A program made the translations under genes and the position numbers. DNA of 64,000 nt from an uncultured Clostridia bacterium (GTDB lineage Bacteria; Bacillota; Clostridia; TANB77; CAG-508): contig CAKPRA010000001.1 of assembly GCA_934180065.1 (NCBI GenBank), positions 12,669-76,668 on the forward strand, read 5' to 3'. Every line of letters starts with the position of its first letter. The first letter of the stretch is position 1. This document shows positions 28,206-38,633 of this stretch, one piece after another. A model generated the notes under the pieces. That model did not search any database, was not told the DNA's origin, and was given only the letters and a program-made list of their open reading frames with translations.

Positions 28206-29786
28206 TTATTTTTTCTTATATTTTTTATTTTTTTCGAATAAATTAATACAATTAAATATTGGAATTGATGATAACTCATCTTTACTTAATATTTTTAATA
28301 AGAAAAACATGATTATATAAGTAATTATGGCTATTATTCCTGCTAATATTATAGCTATTTTTTCTATTATTATTCCTTTTAATAAAAAATAAGTATAATA
28401 TAAGCACATTGCCATTATACACGAAGCAATTACAGGTTTCAAGACAAATTTAAAAATTTCAAAATTTATTTTTAATTTTTTTCTCATAACAGAAAAACTG
28501 ATAAAAAAAGCTATTATATGACAAAACAGCGTTGCAATACAACATCCTACTATTCCACCATACCAATATTGGTCAGGCGAAATATTTAATAGCTTAACAT
28601 TTAAAAATACTTTAGCACATACGCCTAATCCCAAAGCAATGGCTGGTATAAAAACTTTTCCAATTCCTTGCAAAACAGCATTTACAATTTGCTCTAAAGA
28701 TATAAAAATCATAGATATTGCACTTATTTTCAAAAGCATACTCCCACTATTAGATCCAAATAAAAATTCTAATATTTGATCAGAAAACGAAACCATACAA
28801 AAACTACATGGTAATACAATTAAAATTGTGTATATTAAATAAGTTTTTACTAATCTATTTATATCTGTATACTTTCTTTCAAATTTAAGCTCAGCAATTA
28901 TTGGAATTATTGTTGTTGCTATTGCTATTATAAAGGAAACTGGAACCGCAGAAACTACATCTATCTTTCCACTTAAAATACCATATTGAATTTTAGCTGA
29001 ATTTTCGCCTATAAAATTTTTCAAAAATCTTACAATTGTGACAGAATCAATATTTCTATTTAAAGAAGCTAATATTGAACTTAGTGATATAGGTATTGAA
29101 ATATATAATATTTTAATAATCTTTCTTAATTTAAATTTTACTTTTATATTTTTTAATCCACTTTTTTTATATAAGTATATAAAACTTCCCAAAGTTGCTA
29201 AAGTTGTTGCAAAATTTGCAAAAGCTGCCATCATGATAGTATTTGAAGATGTTACTATATATGCTATTTCTACTAATGTAAATGTAAATATAGTTTTTAA
29301 TATTTGCTCTACTGTTTGTGATTTTGCCGTGATATCAATTTTATTTATACCATTAAAATATCCTCTATACACAGAAATTATACATACATTAAAAATTGCT
29401 GGAGCTAATGCAATAATCGATTTTTTCGACTCTGGAATATTTAACAAATTTTCAGAAATATATCCTGCAAATATTACTAGTAATAAACTTGAAAAAATAC
29501 CTATCACCGAAAAAACTACTAAGGAACCTTTAAAAACCTCTGCAACATCTTTTGAATTCTTCTTACTTTCGGCTATCATTTTTGAAACTGCATTTGGAAC
29601 ACCTATTGACGAAATTGTCAACAACAAAGCATATATCTGATAACCAGAATTATATATAGCATTTCCCCAATCCCCAAAACCGGTCTTATTTGCTAAATAG
29701 AGCTTATATAATAATCCAAAAATTTTCACTACAACTTGAGATATCAATAATGCTATAATTCCATTAAATATATTATTTTTTTTCAT
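28206..29786 (-). CDS. MOP-superfamily flippase (SpoVB / MurJ-like)
   Basis: 526 aa with about 14 TM segments and an N-terminus typical of polysaccharide-biosynthesis / stage V sporulation B proteins. Confidence 0.7.
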   Translation of the reverse strand: MKKNNIFNGIIALLISQVVVKIFGLLYKLYLANKTGFGDWGNAIYNSGYQIYALLLTISSIGVPNAVSKMIAESKKNSKDVAEVFKGSLVVFSVIGIFSSLLLVIFAGYISENLLNIPESKKSIIALAPAIFNVCIISVYRGYFNGINKIDITAKSQTVEQILKTIFTFTLVEIAYIVTSSNTIMMAAFANFATTLATLGSFIYLYKKSGLKNIKVKFKLRKIIKILYISIPISLSSILASLNRNIDSVTIVRFLKNFIGENSAKIQYGILSGKIDVVSAVPVSFIIAIATTIIPIIAELKFERKYTDINRLVKTYLIYTILIVLPCSFCMVSFSDQILEFLFGSNSGSMLLKISAISMIFISLEQIVNAVLQGIGKVFIPAIALGLGVCAKVFLNVKLLNISPDQYWYGGIVGCCIATLFCHIIAFFISFSVMRKKLKINFEIFKFVLKPVIASCIMAMCLYYTYFLLKGIIIEKIAIILAGIIAIITYIIMFFLLKILSKDELSSIPIFNCINLFEKNKKYKKK

Positions 29787-29977
29787 AATAAATTCATTCC
29801 CCTCAATAAAAAGCTTATATTAATTCCTTAATATATATTCTAATATAAATTTTTAATGAGCTTTATAATTATAAAAAACAAGTATCATTCCCCTATTACT
29901 TTCCATAACTCAAAACAAATTATTACTATTTACAATATACTAATTATCAATAGCTCCATCATATAAAAAGTAGAGTA

Positions 29978-30280
29978 GGACATGTGAATATATATATTAA
30001 AAAGAAGTGCCACGCAGCTTGGGAGCTTTTAGATAATGCTCTAATACAACAAAACTTAAACGAGGGCACTACCAATCTCACACTGCTTTGTACGGGCGAC
30101 CAGCAAGGCACGAATTTTTAATATATATTCACATATCCGGCTTATTATAAAATACTAACACGTAACATATAGTCTGGAAGCTTTTATATAATATTATCCT
30201 ATTACAACAAAACTAAAATGATGGCTCTACAATCCTCACAATACCTTGTATAGGTAACCAGCAATAAGTAACTATGAATA
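29978..30280 (+). repeat. Structured element family, locus B: one intact unit plus one decayed armless unit
   Basis: Arms 29978-30003 / 30115-30138 clamp core 30004-30114. A second, diverged core lies at ~30170-30275. Confidence 0.7.
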
Positions 30281-30394
30281 GTAACAACAAATTCGTTCTT
30301 TTATCAACAAATTCTACCAAAACACTTGAATTTTTGCCCAATTTATAGGATAATATATAGGAATTATTTTATTTTTTTGAAAGTGGTGAAAATC

Positions 30395-32734
30395 TTGAAA
30401 TTATTTGATAAATTTTTAAAATTTCTAAAAACTGATAGAAACACATTTTTAACTTATATATTAACTCTAATAACAATTTATCTAGCTGTTGATAGAGTTG
30501 TAGAAATGTTATTAATGATTTTCACAGGAATTGGTTGTTCATATTGGAGTCCTATCGGATATGCTTTTGCTTTTGCTTGTCCAATTTTTGCATTTCTGTT
30601 TTCATGCAGTTCTAAATTTGCAGATTCAGAGGAAACCAAACTATCATTTTTCTATTTATATGTAATAGCTTTATATATTTTGGTTATATCAATGGCAAAT
30701 CAATCCATAAATTCAGGTTGTTGGTTACTACTTTTATCATCACCATCATATGTAAAAATTGCAACAGAATATTCAGATTTAATAGCACCAGCATTTAGAA
30801 GTATTTCTATTTATTTGCCTTTAGTAACTTTCTATCCTCTTATTGTAAAATTAATAACAGTAGTTAATGATACAAAAAGCATAAAAGAATCCATATATGA
30901 ATATCCTGGAATTAACCTATCTAATAAAAAATCACCTATGACAGGTCAATATAGTTGTGAAATAAAACTTTGTGTAGATAAACATACTGGTAATGATGTA
31001 AAAATTGCAGAAGATAGACGTTTTGAATCAATGCTTGTTGTTGGTGTATCAGGATCAGGAAAAACTTCTTTAATTTTTGAACCAATGATAGCAAGGGATA
31101 TTGAAAAGAAGCATTTTTATAATAAATCTGCTAAAGAATTCGGATTTGCAGCTTTAAAATCTGGAATTGCAAATTTAAATGCACCTTATAACAATGAATA
31201 TTTAAATAAAAACTTTTCATTGAATATGCTTTCTCCAAGCTCCACTGAATCTGGAACATACAAATCTTGTATGAAAAAAATGATTTATGGAACATATAAT
31301 GGAAAAATTATATACAAGGATTTAGGATTAACTTATATATCTCCTGATTTTGAATCAATATCAAGAGTTATAAATGTAGCTAAAAATTATAATGTAAAAT
31401 ATAATTTAATTGATCCTAATTCACCTGATTCTATTGGATTAAATCCTTTTGCATATGATAATCCTTTACAAACATCTGTAGTAATATCAACAGCATTAAA
31501 GAATTTGCATTTTTCAAGTAATGCTGATATGGATTTAAACTTAGGAGTTCAAGCAAACTTTGCAACACAGGCTATTGAAAATGTTTCAATTTTATTTAAA
31601 GTAATGTACCCAAGAATGCATGATGGAGAAATTCCAACATTAGAAGATATATTAAATGCATTTAATGATTTTTCTATAATTCAAAATATGACTGAAGAGC
31701 TTATGAAAGATGATGAATTAGCAGAAAAATTCAAAATATTAACATCTTATTTTAAAAAGAATTTTTACACTGATAGTATTTATCGTGCAGATACAGAAAA
31801 GTATATTTCTTCAGCAATAACACAATTAGATAATTTATTAAGATATCCTGGAATTAGAAATATTTTATGTAATAGAACTAATAATATAAATTTTGATTCA
31901 GCATTAGCAAATGGAGAATTTACATTTTTATGTACAAGACGTGGTGACTTAGGCGAAGCAGCACATACGGCTTTTGGTTTATTCTTCTTATTGTCTATGC
32001 AATATGCTGTATTAAGAAGACCTGGTATTGAAGCAACAAGAATTCCTCATTTCTTATATATTGACGAATTTTCAAACTTTATATCAAGTTCAACAGAGCC
32101 AATATTTACTTTATATAGAAAATATAGAGTAGGTTCAGTTATTTCTATACAAAATCTTGATCAGTTAAATGCAAACAATAAAAAGTATAGAAAAACTATT
32201 ATAGCAAACTGTGTTCATAAAGTAGTATTTGGAAATAATGAGCCTGAGGATAATGATTGGTGGTCTAAAGAGCTTGGTGAAAAATCTGAATTTACATATA
32301 ACCAAAATTATGAAACTGCTAAAGAAAAATATTCAGATACACTTAGTGGTATCAAAGCTGCGAAAACTCCAAATTACAAACCTGGAAAAGTTCAATCTAT
32401 TAAATTTAAACAATGTATATATAAAATTCGCGATGGTGGTGGAAAAAATATTGTTGGTACAGGAAATTTAAATTTCTTAGATTCAAAATATAAGGAAAAA
32501 CAAAAAGATACACAATTTAATTTTGAAAAATTTACTAATGGAACATCTTATAGTGAAGATAACTCAAAGAGAAAGAAATCAAAAAAGTCTGGTATTCCTA
32601 CATTTGTAAATGATGATAATTCCGATAATGAATTAGATCCAATACGTTCAAATGGAAAAGAATCAATTTTTGGAAATCCAGAAGAAGGTCAAGCAATAAT
32701 TAATAATCCTAATAATATAAAAAAGAATACTTAA
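30395..32734 (+). CDS. Type IV coupling protein-like ATPase (TraG/TraD/VirD4 family), membrane-anchored
   Basis: N-terminal TM segments, Walker A GVSGSGKTS and Walker B FLYIDEF. The start is uncertain: TTG at 30395 after an AAGTGGTG SD, or the track's 30326. Confidence 0.55.
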   Translation: MKLFDKFLKFLKTDRNTFLTYILTLITIYLAVDRVVEMLLMIFTGIGCSYWSPIGYAFAFACPIFAFLFSCSSKFADSEETKLSFFYLYVIALYILVISMANQSINSGCWLLLLSSPSYVKIATEYSDLIAPAFRSISIYLPLVTFYPLIVKLITVVNDTKSIKESIYEYPGINLSNKKSPMTGQYSCEIKLCVDKHTGNDVKIAEDRRFESMLVVGVSGSGKTSLIFEPMIARDIEKKHFYNKSAKEFGFAALKSGIANLNAPYNNEYLNKNFSLNMLSPSSTESGTYKSCMKKMIYGTYNGKIIYKDLGLTYISPDFESISRVINVAKNYNVKYNLIDPNSPDSIGLNPFAYDNPLQTSVVISTALKNLHFSSNADMDLNLGVQANFATQAIENVSILFKVMYPRMHDGEIPTLEDILNAFNDFSIIQNMTEELMKDDELAEKFKILTSYFKKNFYTDSIYRADTEKYISSAITQLDNLLRYPGIRNILCNRTNNINFDSALANGEFTFLCTRRGDLGEAAHTAFGLFFLLSMQYAVLRRPGIEATRIPHFLYIDEFSNFISSSTEPIFTLYRKYRVGSVISIQNLDQLNANNKKYRKTIIANCVHKVVFGNNEPEDNDWWSKELGEKSEFTYNQNYETAKEKYSDTLSGIKAAKTPNYKPGKVQSIKFKQCIYKIRDGGGKNIVGTGNLNFLDSKYKEKQKDTQFNFEKFTNGTSYSEDNSKRKKSKKSGIPTFVNDDNSDNELDPIRSNGKESIFGNPEEGQAIINNPNNIKKNT

Positions 32735-32762
32735 AGAACATAAAAAATAAAAGTAAGAAAAG

Positions 32763-32797
32763 GGACAATTTTGAATTTAAATTGTCCTCTTTTTTTA
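32763..32797 (+). terminator. Intrinsic terminator
   Basis: Stem ggacaatt / aattgtcc followed by a T7 tract. Confidence 0.65.
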
Positions 32798-32839
32798 CTT
32801 TAATTATATAATCAAAATTATAATAAAATTTCAACAAAA

Positions 32840-33778
32840 CTAATCTAATAATTTAATTTTTGTGTTTTTCAATTTATATTTACCTGTTTCTTCATTCTTT
32901 ACAAATTCAACTAAAGATTCATCTAAGCTTTCATCATTTTGTTTTAAATCAGTAGTATAATATAATTTTATTTTATCTATTTGTACATCTTTTAAAACAA
33001 TAGTTTTAAATACCTCTGCTACATGTTTATCATCTTCGCAAACTATAATCAATTGAGGCATACTTTTAAATCCAGAATCTCCAGGTACAAAATTATCATA
33101 AAAATCTTTATAGAATCTCATTTTATCAACAAGTTTCTTTTGCCAATCATCTTCTCTCCTAATAACCTCAAAAACAAAATCTAAAGATTTATCTTTTTTA
33201 GTAAGTTTAATACTTCCACCTGTTGCCTTGAATGTTTTTCCTAATGTTTTTGCTGTAATAGAAGGCTTTGGGGTATAACTATCAAAAGCTTTAACCTTTC
33301 TTAAATATGCTATAATGATTTGATTTCCAGCTAATCTCTTTTTAATCATTGCCACTGGTTTAGTATTATCTGTTGGTTGCCATTTACATTCTTCTCCTCT
33401 AGAATTTAATAAATATTTTCCCATCTTCTCCAAGCAATATATTCTATATATTCCTTTTCCATCATCAGAATTAAAATAATATCTAGTTAATATCTTAGTT
33501 TTAACAAGTTGATCTAATTTCCCATTTAACTTATCTTGTGTTTTAGGATCAAATCCATTAATTTCTAATAGTTGAAACAATTGTCTTGATGTGATAAATT
33601 CAAATTCATTTACTAATGATAATATTTTAAAATGTAAATCATTAATATGACCTAAATTAATTCTTTGAACTATTTGGTTCATTGAAACATATCCATCTTT
33701 TCCATCAAAAACTTTTATTTCACCCTCTCTAATTGCAAAAGGTGATGTTAATGCCTTAATCTCATTATCTTCTACCAA
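32840..33778 (-). CDS. Replication-relaxation (Replic_Relax, PF13814-like) family protein
   Basis: The N-terminal wHTH-like segment HFKILSLVNEFEFITSRQLFQLL matches the family pattern. TTG start after a GGGAGG SD, 18 nt downstream of the S1-domain gene. Confidence 0.5.
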   Translation of the reverse strand: MVEDNEIKALTSPFAIREGEIKVFDGKDGYVSMNQIVQRINLGHINDLHFKILSLVNEFEFITSRQLFQLLEINGFDPKTQDKLNGKLDQLVKTKILTRYYFNSDDGKGIYRIYCLEKMGKYLLNSRGEECKWQPTDNTKPVAMIKKRLAGNQIIIAYLRKVKAFDSYTPKPSITAKTLGKTFKATGGSIKLTKKDKSLDFVFEVIRREDDWQKKLVDKMRFYKDFYDNFVPGDSGFKSMPQLIIVCEDDKHVAEVFKTIVLKDVQIDKIKLYYTTDLKQNDESLDESLVEFVKNEETGKYKLKNTKIKLLD

Positions 33779-33796
33779 TTTAATTACCTCCCATTA

Positions 33797-34600
33797 TTAA
33801 ATAATTATTAACTTAATTTTCTTTTTCTCGGGTATAATTTTTTTAACATATACATCTACATTTTGTCCATATTCAATTCCATCTTTATATTCTGCAAGAC
33901 CTACTAGATTTGGTTTAAGCTCTATAAAAATTCCATTTTTAGATTTTTCAATTTCTCTTGCCTTTCCTACGATTGTTGTTCCCTCTTTAATATCTTTAAT
34001 GTTTTCTTCCCATGAACCAAGTAGCTCTTTATATGTCAAAATTATTTTGTTTTGGCTCTTATCTATTGATTTTACCATAACATTTATCTTTTGTCCAACT
34101 CTTATTCTTTCTTTTGGTGTTTTAATTCTTGCAACTGAAATATCTTCTATATGTAATAATCCTACAACTCCACCTCCTATTTCAACAAATGCCCCATAGG
34201 GTTGTATACTTTTTACAATTCCTTTCAAAACATTTCCTTCTGAAACTTCATTTTTTATCCATGATATTGCATCTTCTTCTACAGACTTTCTAGATAATAT
34301 ATAATTATTAGATTCATCAATTCCTTTTACTTTAAATTGAACAAATTTATTAATTTTGCTTGTACTTATATTTTTCTTAAAATTTTCTAGATTTGCTGTT
34401 GTATTAACTTGAATTTCATTTCTATTTATAATTCCAAATTTATTGTTATCAAATTTAACATGTAAATTATAATTATCATCACAATCTATAACTTTCGCCT
34501 CTAATATTTCTTGAGTTTTTATAGCATTATTTAATGTATCTTCTCCAATTAATTTGTTTTCAATATGCCATCCTTCTGGGATGAATTTCTGATATTTCAT
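33797..34600 (-). CDS. S1 RNA-binding domain protein
   Basis: Two S1-like OB segments (GNVLKGIVKSIQPYGAFVEIGGGVVGLLHISD-like; GTTIVGKAREI...GIFIELKPNLVGL). Confidence 0.7.
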   Translation of the reverse strand: MKYQKFIPEGWHIENKLIGEDTLNNAIKTQEILEAKVIDCDDNYNLHVKFDNNKFGIINRNEIQVNTTANLENFKKNISTSKINKFVQFKVKGIDESNNYILSRKSVEEDAISWIKNEVSEGNVLKGIVKSIQPYGAFVEIGGGVVGLLHIEDISVARIKTPKERIRVGQKINVMVKSIDKSQNKIILTYKELLGSWEENIKDIKEGTTIVGKAREIEKSKNGIFIELKPNLVGLAEYKDGIEYGQNVDVYVKKIIPEKKKIKLIII

Positions 34601-34670
34601 TTTACCCTACTCCTTGTCTTTTGTATTTTTATCATTATATAATTAATTCATAAGTTTTACAAGATTTAAA

Positions 34671-35393
34671 TCACATACTTTTTAAAGATTTTACTTCTTC
34701 ATTTGATAAATATCTCCACTGTCCTATTTTTAAGCTTTTCACAGCAATATTTCCAATTTTAGATCTATGTAGTGCTATAACATTTTTTCCAATAGCTTCA
34801 CACATTTTTCTAACTTCTCTATTTTTTCCTTCATGAATCACAATCTCAACTCTAGAGCAATTCTTTTCATTATCTATTTTCAGAATTTTTACTTTAGCTT
34901 TTCCAGATATGTAATCATCTATCTTAACACCTTTTTTTAATTTTTCAACATCATCACTTGTAATAATTCCTCGAACTGTAGCATTATATGTCTTTTCTAT
35001 CTCATTTTTAGGGTGTGTAACTTTATAAATAAAATCTCCATCATTAGTAAGTATTAGTGCCCCTGATGTATACATATCTAATCTACCTACTGGTAGCAAT
35101 GGTGTATTTATATCTTTTATAAGATCTAAGACTATCGGTCTATCAAATTGATCTTTAGCTGTAGTAACATAACCTATTGGTTTATTTAACAAAATATATT
35201 TATAATCGTTAACAAACTTAATTTTTTTGCCTTTAACTGAAATTTCATCTTTATCTGAATCAACTTTTGTACCAAGCTCTGTAATTACAATTCCATTAAC
35301 ACTTACATTTCCATTGGAAATAAGCTCTTCCGCTTTTCTTCTTGAACATACTCCTGAATTTGCTAAATACTTCTGCAATCTCATTTCTGGCAT
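34671..35393 (-). CDS. rluB: Pseudouridine synthase, RsuA/RluB family
   Basis: S4 domain (RLQKYLANSGVCSRRKAEELI) and catalytic GRLDMYTSG motif. Confidence 0.85.
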   Translation of the reverse strand: MPEMRLQKYLANSGVCSRRKAEELISNGNVSVNGIVITELGTKVDSDKDEISVKGKKIKFVNDYKYILLNKPIGYVTTAKDQFDRPIVLDLIKDINTPLLPVGRLDMYTSGALILTNDGDFIYKVTHPKNEIEKTYNATVRGIITSDDVEKLKKGVKIDDYISGKAKVKILKIDNEKNCSRVEIVIHEGKNREVRKMCEAIGKNVIALHRSKIGNIAVKSLKIGQWRYLSNEEVKSLKSM

Positions 35394-35414
35394 TCTTGTC
35401 CCCTCCATATTTAA

Positions 35415-36332
35415 TTAACATCTTTTTTCGCATATTTCTATTACATCTTTAAAATATTGTGGTAAATCCGCTTCAAGATGCATTTTTTTTCCAGTTATTG
35501 GATGTTTAAAGTCTAAACTTTTAGCATGTAACATTTGACCTTTTACATTAAATTCATTTTTTCCATTAGAATACACCTCATCACCTATAACTGGAAATCC
35601 AATTTCAGCCATATGAACTCTTATCTGATGAGTTCTCCCTGTATCTATTTTAACTTCTACTAATGTATATTTATCATACCTCTTTATTACTTTAAAATGT
35701 GTCACCGCTTCTTTACCATCTTTATCTACAGCCATTTTTTTTCTATCTTTTTTGCTTCTGGCAATTGGCATATTAATTGTAGCCTCATCTTCAGGAATAA
35801 TTCCTCTAACTAGTGCTATATATTTCTTATTTACTAATCTATTTTTTATTTGTTCACTCATATTTATATGAGCTTTATCATTTTTTGCAATAATTATTAA
35901 TCCAGATGTATCTTTATCTAATCTGTGCACAATCCCAGGTCTTTTCTCTCCACCTATTCCAGATAAAGAATCTTTACAAATATTCATTACAGCATTAACA
36001 AGAGTTCCATCTGGATTTCCATTTGCAGGATGAACAACTAGACCCTTTGGTTTGTTTACAACAATTATATCAGAATCTTCATATACAATTTCAATAGGAA
36101 TATCTTGTGCAACAAGCTTAGTTTCCTTTACTTCAGGAATATTTATTTTAATAATATCTCCCTTTTTTACTTTATATGAGCTCTTTTTTATTACATTATT
36201 CACAGTAATATTATTTTCTTCTAATAATCTTTGTATAGCTTGTCTTGATAAATTTTCTTCTTTAGCTGAAATATAAGAATCTAATCTTACATTATCTAGT
36301 TCATCAACAATTATTTCTTTCAATATTTCCAC
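35415..36332 (-). CDS. rluD: Pseudouridine synthase, RluA/RluD family
   Basis: S4-like N-terminus with HRLDKDTSGLIIIAK and GRTHQIRVH motifs. Confidence 0.85.
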   Translation of the reverse strand: MEILKEIIVDELDNVRLDSYISAKEENLSRQAIQRLLEENNITVNNVIKKSSYKVKKGDIIKINIPEVKETKLVAQDIPIEIVYEDSDIIVVNKPKGLVVHPANGNPDGTLVNAVMNICKDSLSGIGGEKRPGIVHRLDKDTSGLIIIAKNDKAHINMSEQIKNRLVNKKYIALVRGIIPEDEATINMPIARSKKDRKKMAVDKDGKEAVTHFKVIKRYDKYTLVEVKIDTGRTHQIRVHMAEIGFPVIGDEVYSNGKNEFNVKGQMLHAKSLDFKHPITGKKMHLEADLPQYFKDVIEICEKRC

Positions 36333-36348
36333 TCCCTATTACATCAAA

Positions 36349-36816
36349 TTATACATCTAATTTCTCATTTTTCAAACATGATATTCCTATAACTATAACA
36401 CCTATTACCACAAAAATATCTGCTATATTAAAAACGGGAAAATTAATAAAATCTCCGAAATCAATAAAATCAACAACATATAATCTTATTAATCTATCTA
36501 TCAAATTTCCAACACCACCAGAAATAAGCATTCCTATCCCTACTGACAAAAAAGTATTTATTTTTTTAAAATTTATACATACACATATTAGAATTGCAAC
36601 AATTATAACTAATGTAATTATTGAAAATAATTGTACATATCCACTTGCTAATCCAAAGGCAATCCCTCTATTTTCGCAATATGTGATATTTAAGAAATTT
36701 TTAATTATGGTCTTTGGTAAATTATCCTTATCAAATACTACTAAAAACTTCGAAATTTGATCAATACATATTAATATTATAATTAATATAAAAAATTTTC
36801 TTTTATTCATTGGCAT
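36349..36816 (-). CDS. lspA: Lipoprotein signal peptidase II
   Basis: 155 aa, 4 TM, NRGIAFG and FNIADIF motifs. Confidence 0.85.
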   Translation of the reverse strand: MPMNKRKFFILIIILICIDQISKFLVVFDKDNLPKTIIKNFLNITYCENRGIAFGLASGYVQLFSIITLVIIVAILICVCINFKKINTFLSVGIGMLISGGVGNLIDRLIRLYVVDFIDFGDFINFPVFNIADIFVVIGVIVIGISCLKNEKLDV

Positions 36817-38527
36817 TTACTCTTTCATATATTGTAAAATGTGAATCACTATATATTTCAACATAATTATCATCTCTTACTAATAAAGAATTCAATTTTG
36901 AATTAGAATATGTTATAGCGTGTGTAATATTATATTCTTCAAATTTATCTTCATAGTTTCGTGACAAATTAGATATTCCTATAAAATCTGAGAAAATATC
37001 ATTTCCAACATAATCTCCTTCTTCATCTTTTTCCCCATTAAATTCAGGTGAATATAAGTCAGCTCTTGAGTCTATAAATACAGGTATTCCTGAAAATAAC
37101 AGATAACTTCCATAATTATATTCATTATATAGTCTTAAATTTTCTTTTCCTACCTCTGGAATTAATGTTCTATTTATATATTCTGCGGCAGCTACTGGAT
37201 ATGAACTTTCATCTATAAATACATCATTTTTCTTATCCAAATAATTACAAACAGATAATGTTCCAAAAATTGTAACACATATTACTATTAGTATTGCATT
37301 TATTAATTGCTTTTCTTGTTTATTATCATTATCTTTAAATAATTTTTTTATATTATCTATTGTATCACATACTAATCTTGCTAATATAAAGTTTCCAATC
37401 AAAACTAACATTGAAACTTGTCTTTGTGACATAAAACTTAATGCTATTAATCCCATTAACATAAAGAAATCTCTTATCTTTATTTTACATTTTGAAAATA
37501 TAAGAATTCCAAAAACCATTACTAAAATAATTACCATGTTTATATTTTCTGCTAATGTAAGAGGTAAATGTTCACTTATGCTTTGTGTTGTATTACCAGC
37601 GGTTGTTTTTACTAAATACGTATAAACTGTATCTTTTATTGGTGTTAATAGTCCTGTGAACAAGCATAAAATCATAATTAATATTAACCATTTTATATTT
37701 TTTTCTTTTACAATTTCAAGTTTATTTGTTTTAGCTATATTTTTTTGTACTTTTTCATTATGTTTCTCTTCTAATTTTTTTATTTTATTTTTTTCAATAT
37801 TTAATTGCAATTTACTAATTTTATTCTTTTTGATTTTCGTTTTATAAAATAATTGAAACTTTTTTATAATTTTTCCATAATTTGCAGTTGTCAAAATTAC
37901 ACATAAATATTCTGCAATATATGGTAAATATAATATAAAGTAGAATGGCCATACAGCACAATGAAGATTTGCAATTAATATTGGTATAACAATCAGTAAT
38001 ATGGCATATCTCAATTTTTTAGTTTTTAAAAATTCTTCTATTCCAAATATTGTTAACACAAACAAAATAAATGTCACTAGTTGAGCTCTTGCTGCTATAA
38101 AGTTTTTTAATCCATATATTGAAAGTGCTGATATTAAAAATGATACTATATCATTTTTGGTCCATCTTAAATTTATAAAGTATATTAAAAGTGCCAAAAT
38201 GACGGCTAAAATACATGTTGCCCAATATACTCCTTGGAAATTTCCAATATTATATATTTTATATGTAAAAAAATCATATAACCAATGTGGATATGTATAT
38301 GGTAAATTATGGAAAGAATAATGATCTTTCATATCCAAACCTTTATTCCATGGTAACAAATCTGAGACATGCTCTGTATTTTCGCTTATAAACTCTCCAA
38401 TTTTTATTGTATAAAATGTATCATTCTGAAAAGTTTTTGGAGTTAAAGAATATGCATATGCTACAATTGCAATTATGCATAAGGCTCTTAATATTATTTT
38501 TAAAAATTTATTTAATTTCTGATTCAT
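36803..38527 (-). CDS. Large polytopic membrane protein, unknown function (GT-C-like topology?)
   Basis: 574 aa with more than 10 TM segments, a K-rich cytosolic insert and a C-terminal soluble domain. Overlaps lspA by 14 nt. Confidence 0.5.
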   Translation of the reverse strand: MNQKLNKFLKIILRALCIIAIVAYAYSLTPKTFQNDTFYTIKIGEFISENTEHVSDLLPWNKGLDMKDHYSFHNLPYTYPHWLYDFFTYKIYNIGNFQGVYWATCILAVILALLIYFINLRWTKNDIVSFLISALSIYGLKNFIAARAQLVTFILFVLTIFGIEEFLKTKKLRYAILLIVIPILIANLHCAVWPFYFILYLPYIAEYLCVILTTANYGKIIKKFQLFYKTKIKKNKISKLQLNIEKNKIKKLEEKHNEKVQKNIAKTNKLEIVKEKNIKWLILIMILCLFTGLLTPIKDTVYTYLVKTTAGNTTQSISEHLPLTLAENINMVIILVMVFGILIFSKCKIKIRDFFMLMGLIALSFMSQRQVSMLVLIGNFILARLVCDTIDNIKKLFKDNDNKQEKQLINAILIVICVTIFGTLSVCNYLDKKNDVFIDESSYPVAAAEYINRTLIPEVGKENLRLYNEYNYGSYLLFSGIPVFIDSRADLYSPEFNGEKDEEGDYVGNDIFSDFIGISNLSRNYEDKFEEYNITHAITYSNSKLNSLLVRDDNYVEIYSDSHFTIYERVNANE

Positions 38528-38633
38528 ATTAAATCTCCTTTAATAATTATGGTATAATTATATCAACTTCCAAGTCATTTGGCAATAATATAATTAAAGT
38601 GATTTGGTAATAATATATTTGAAAGGAATTACT

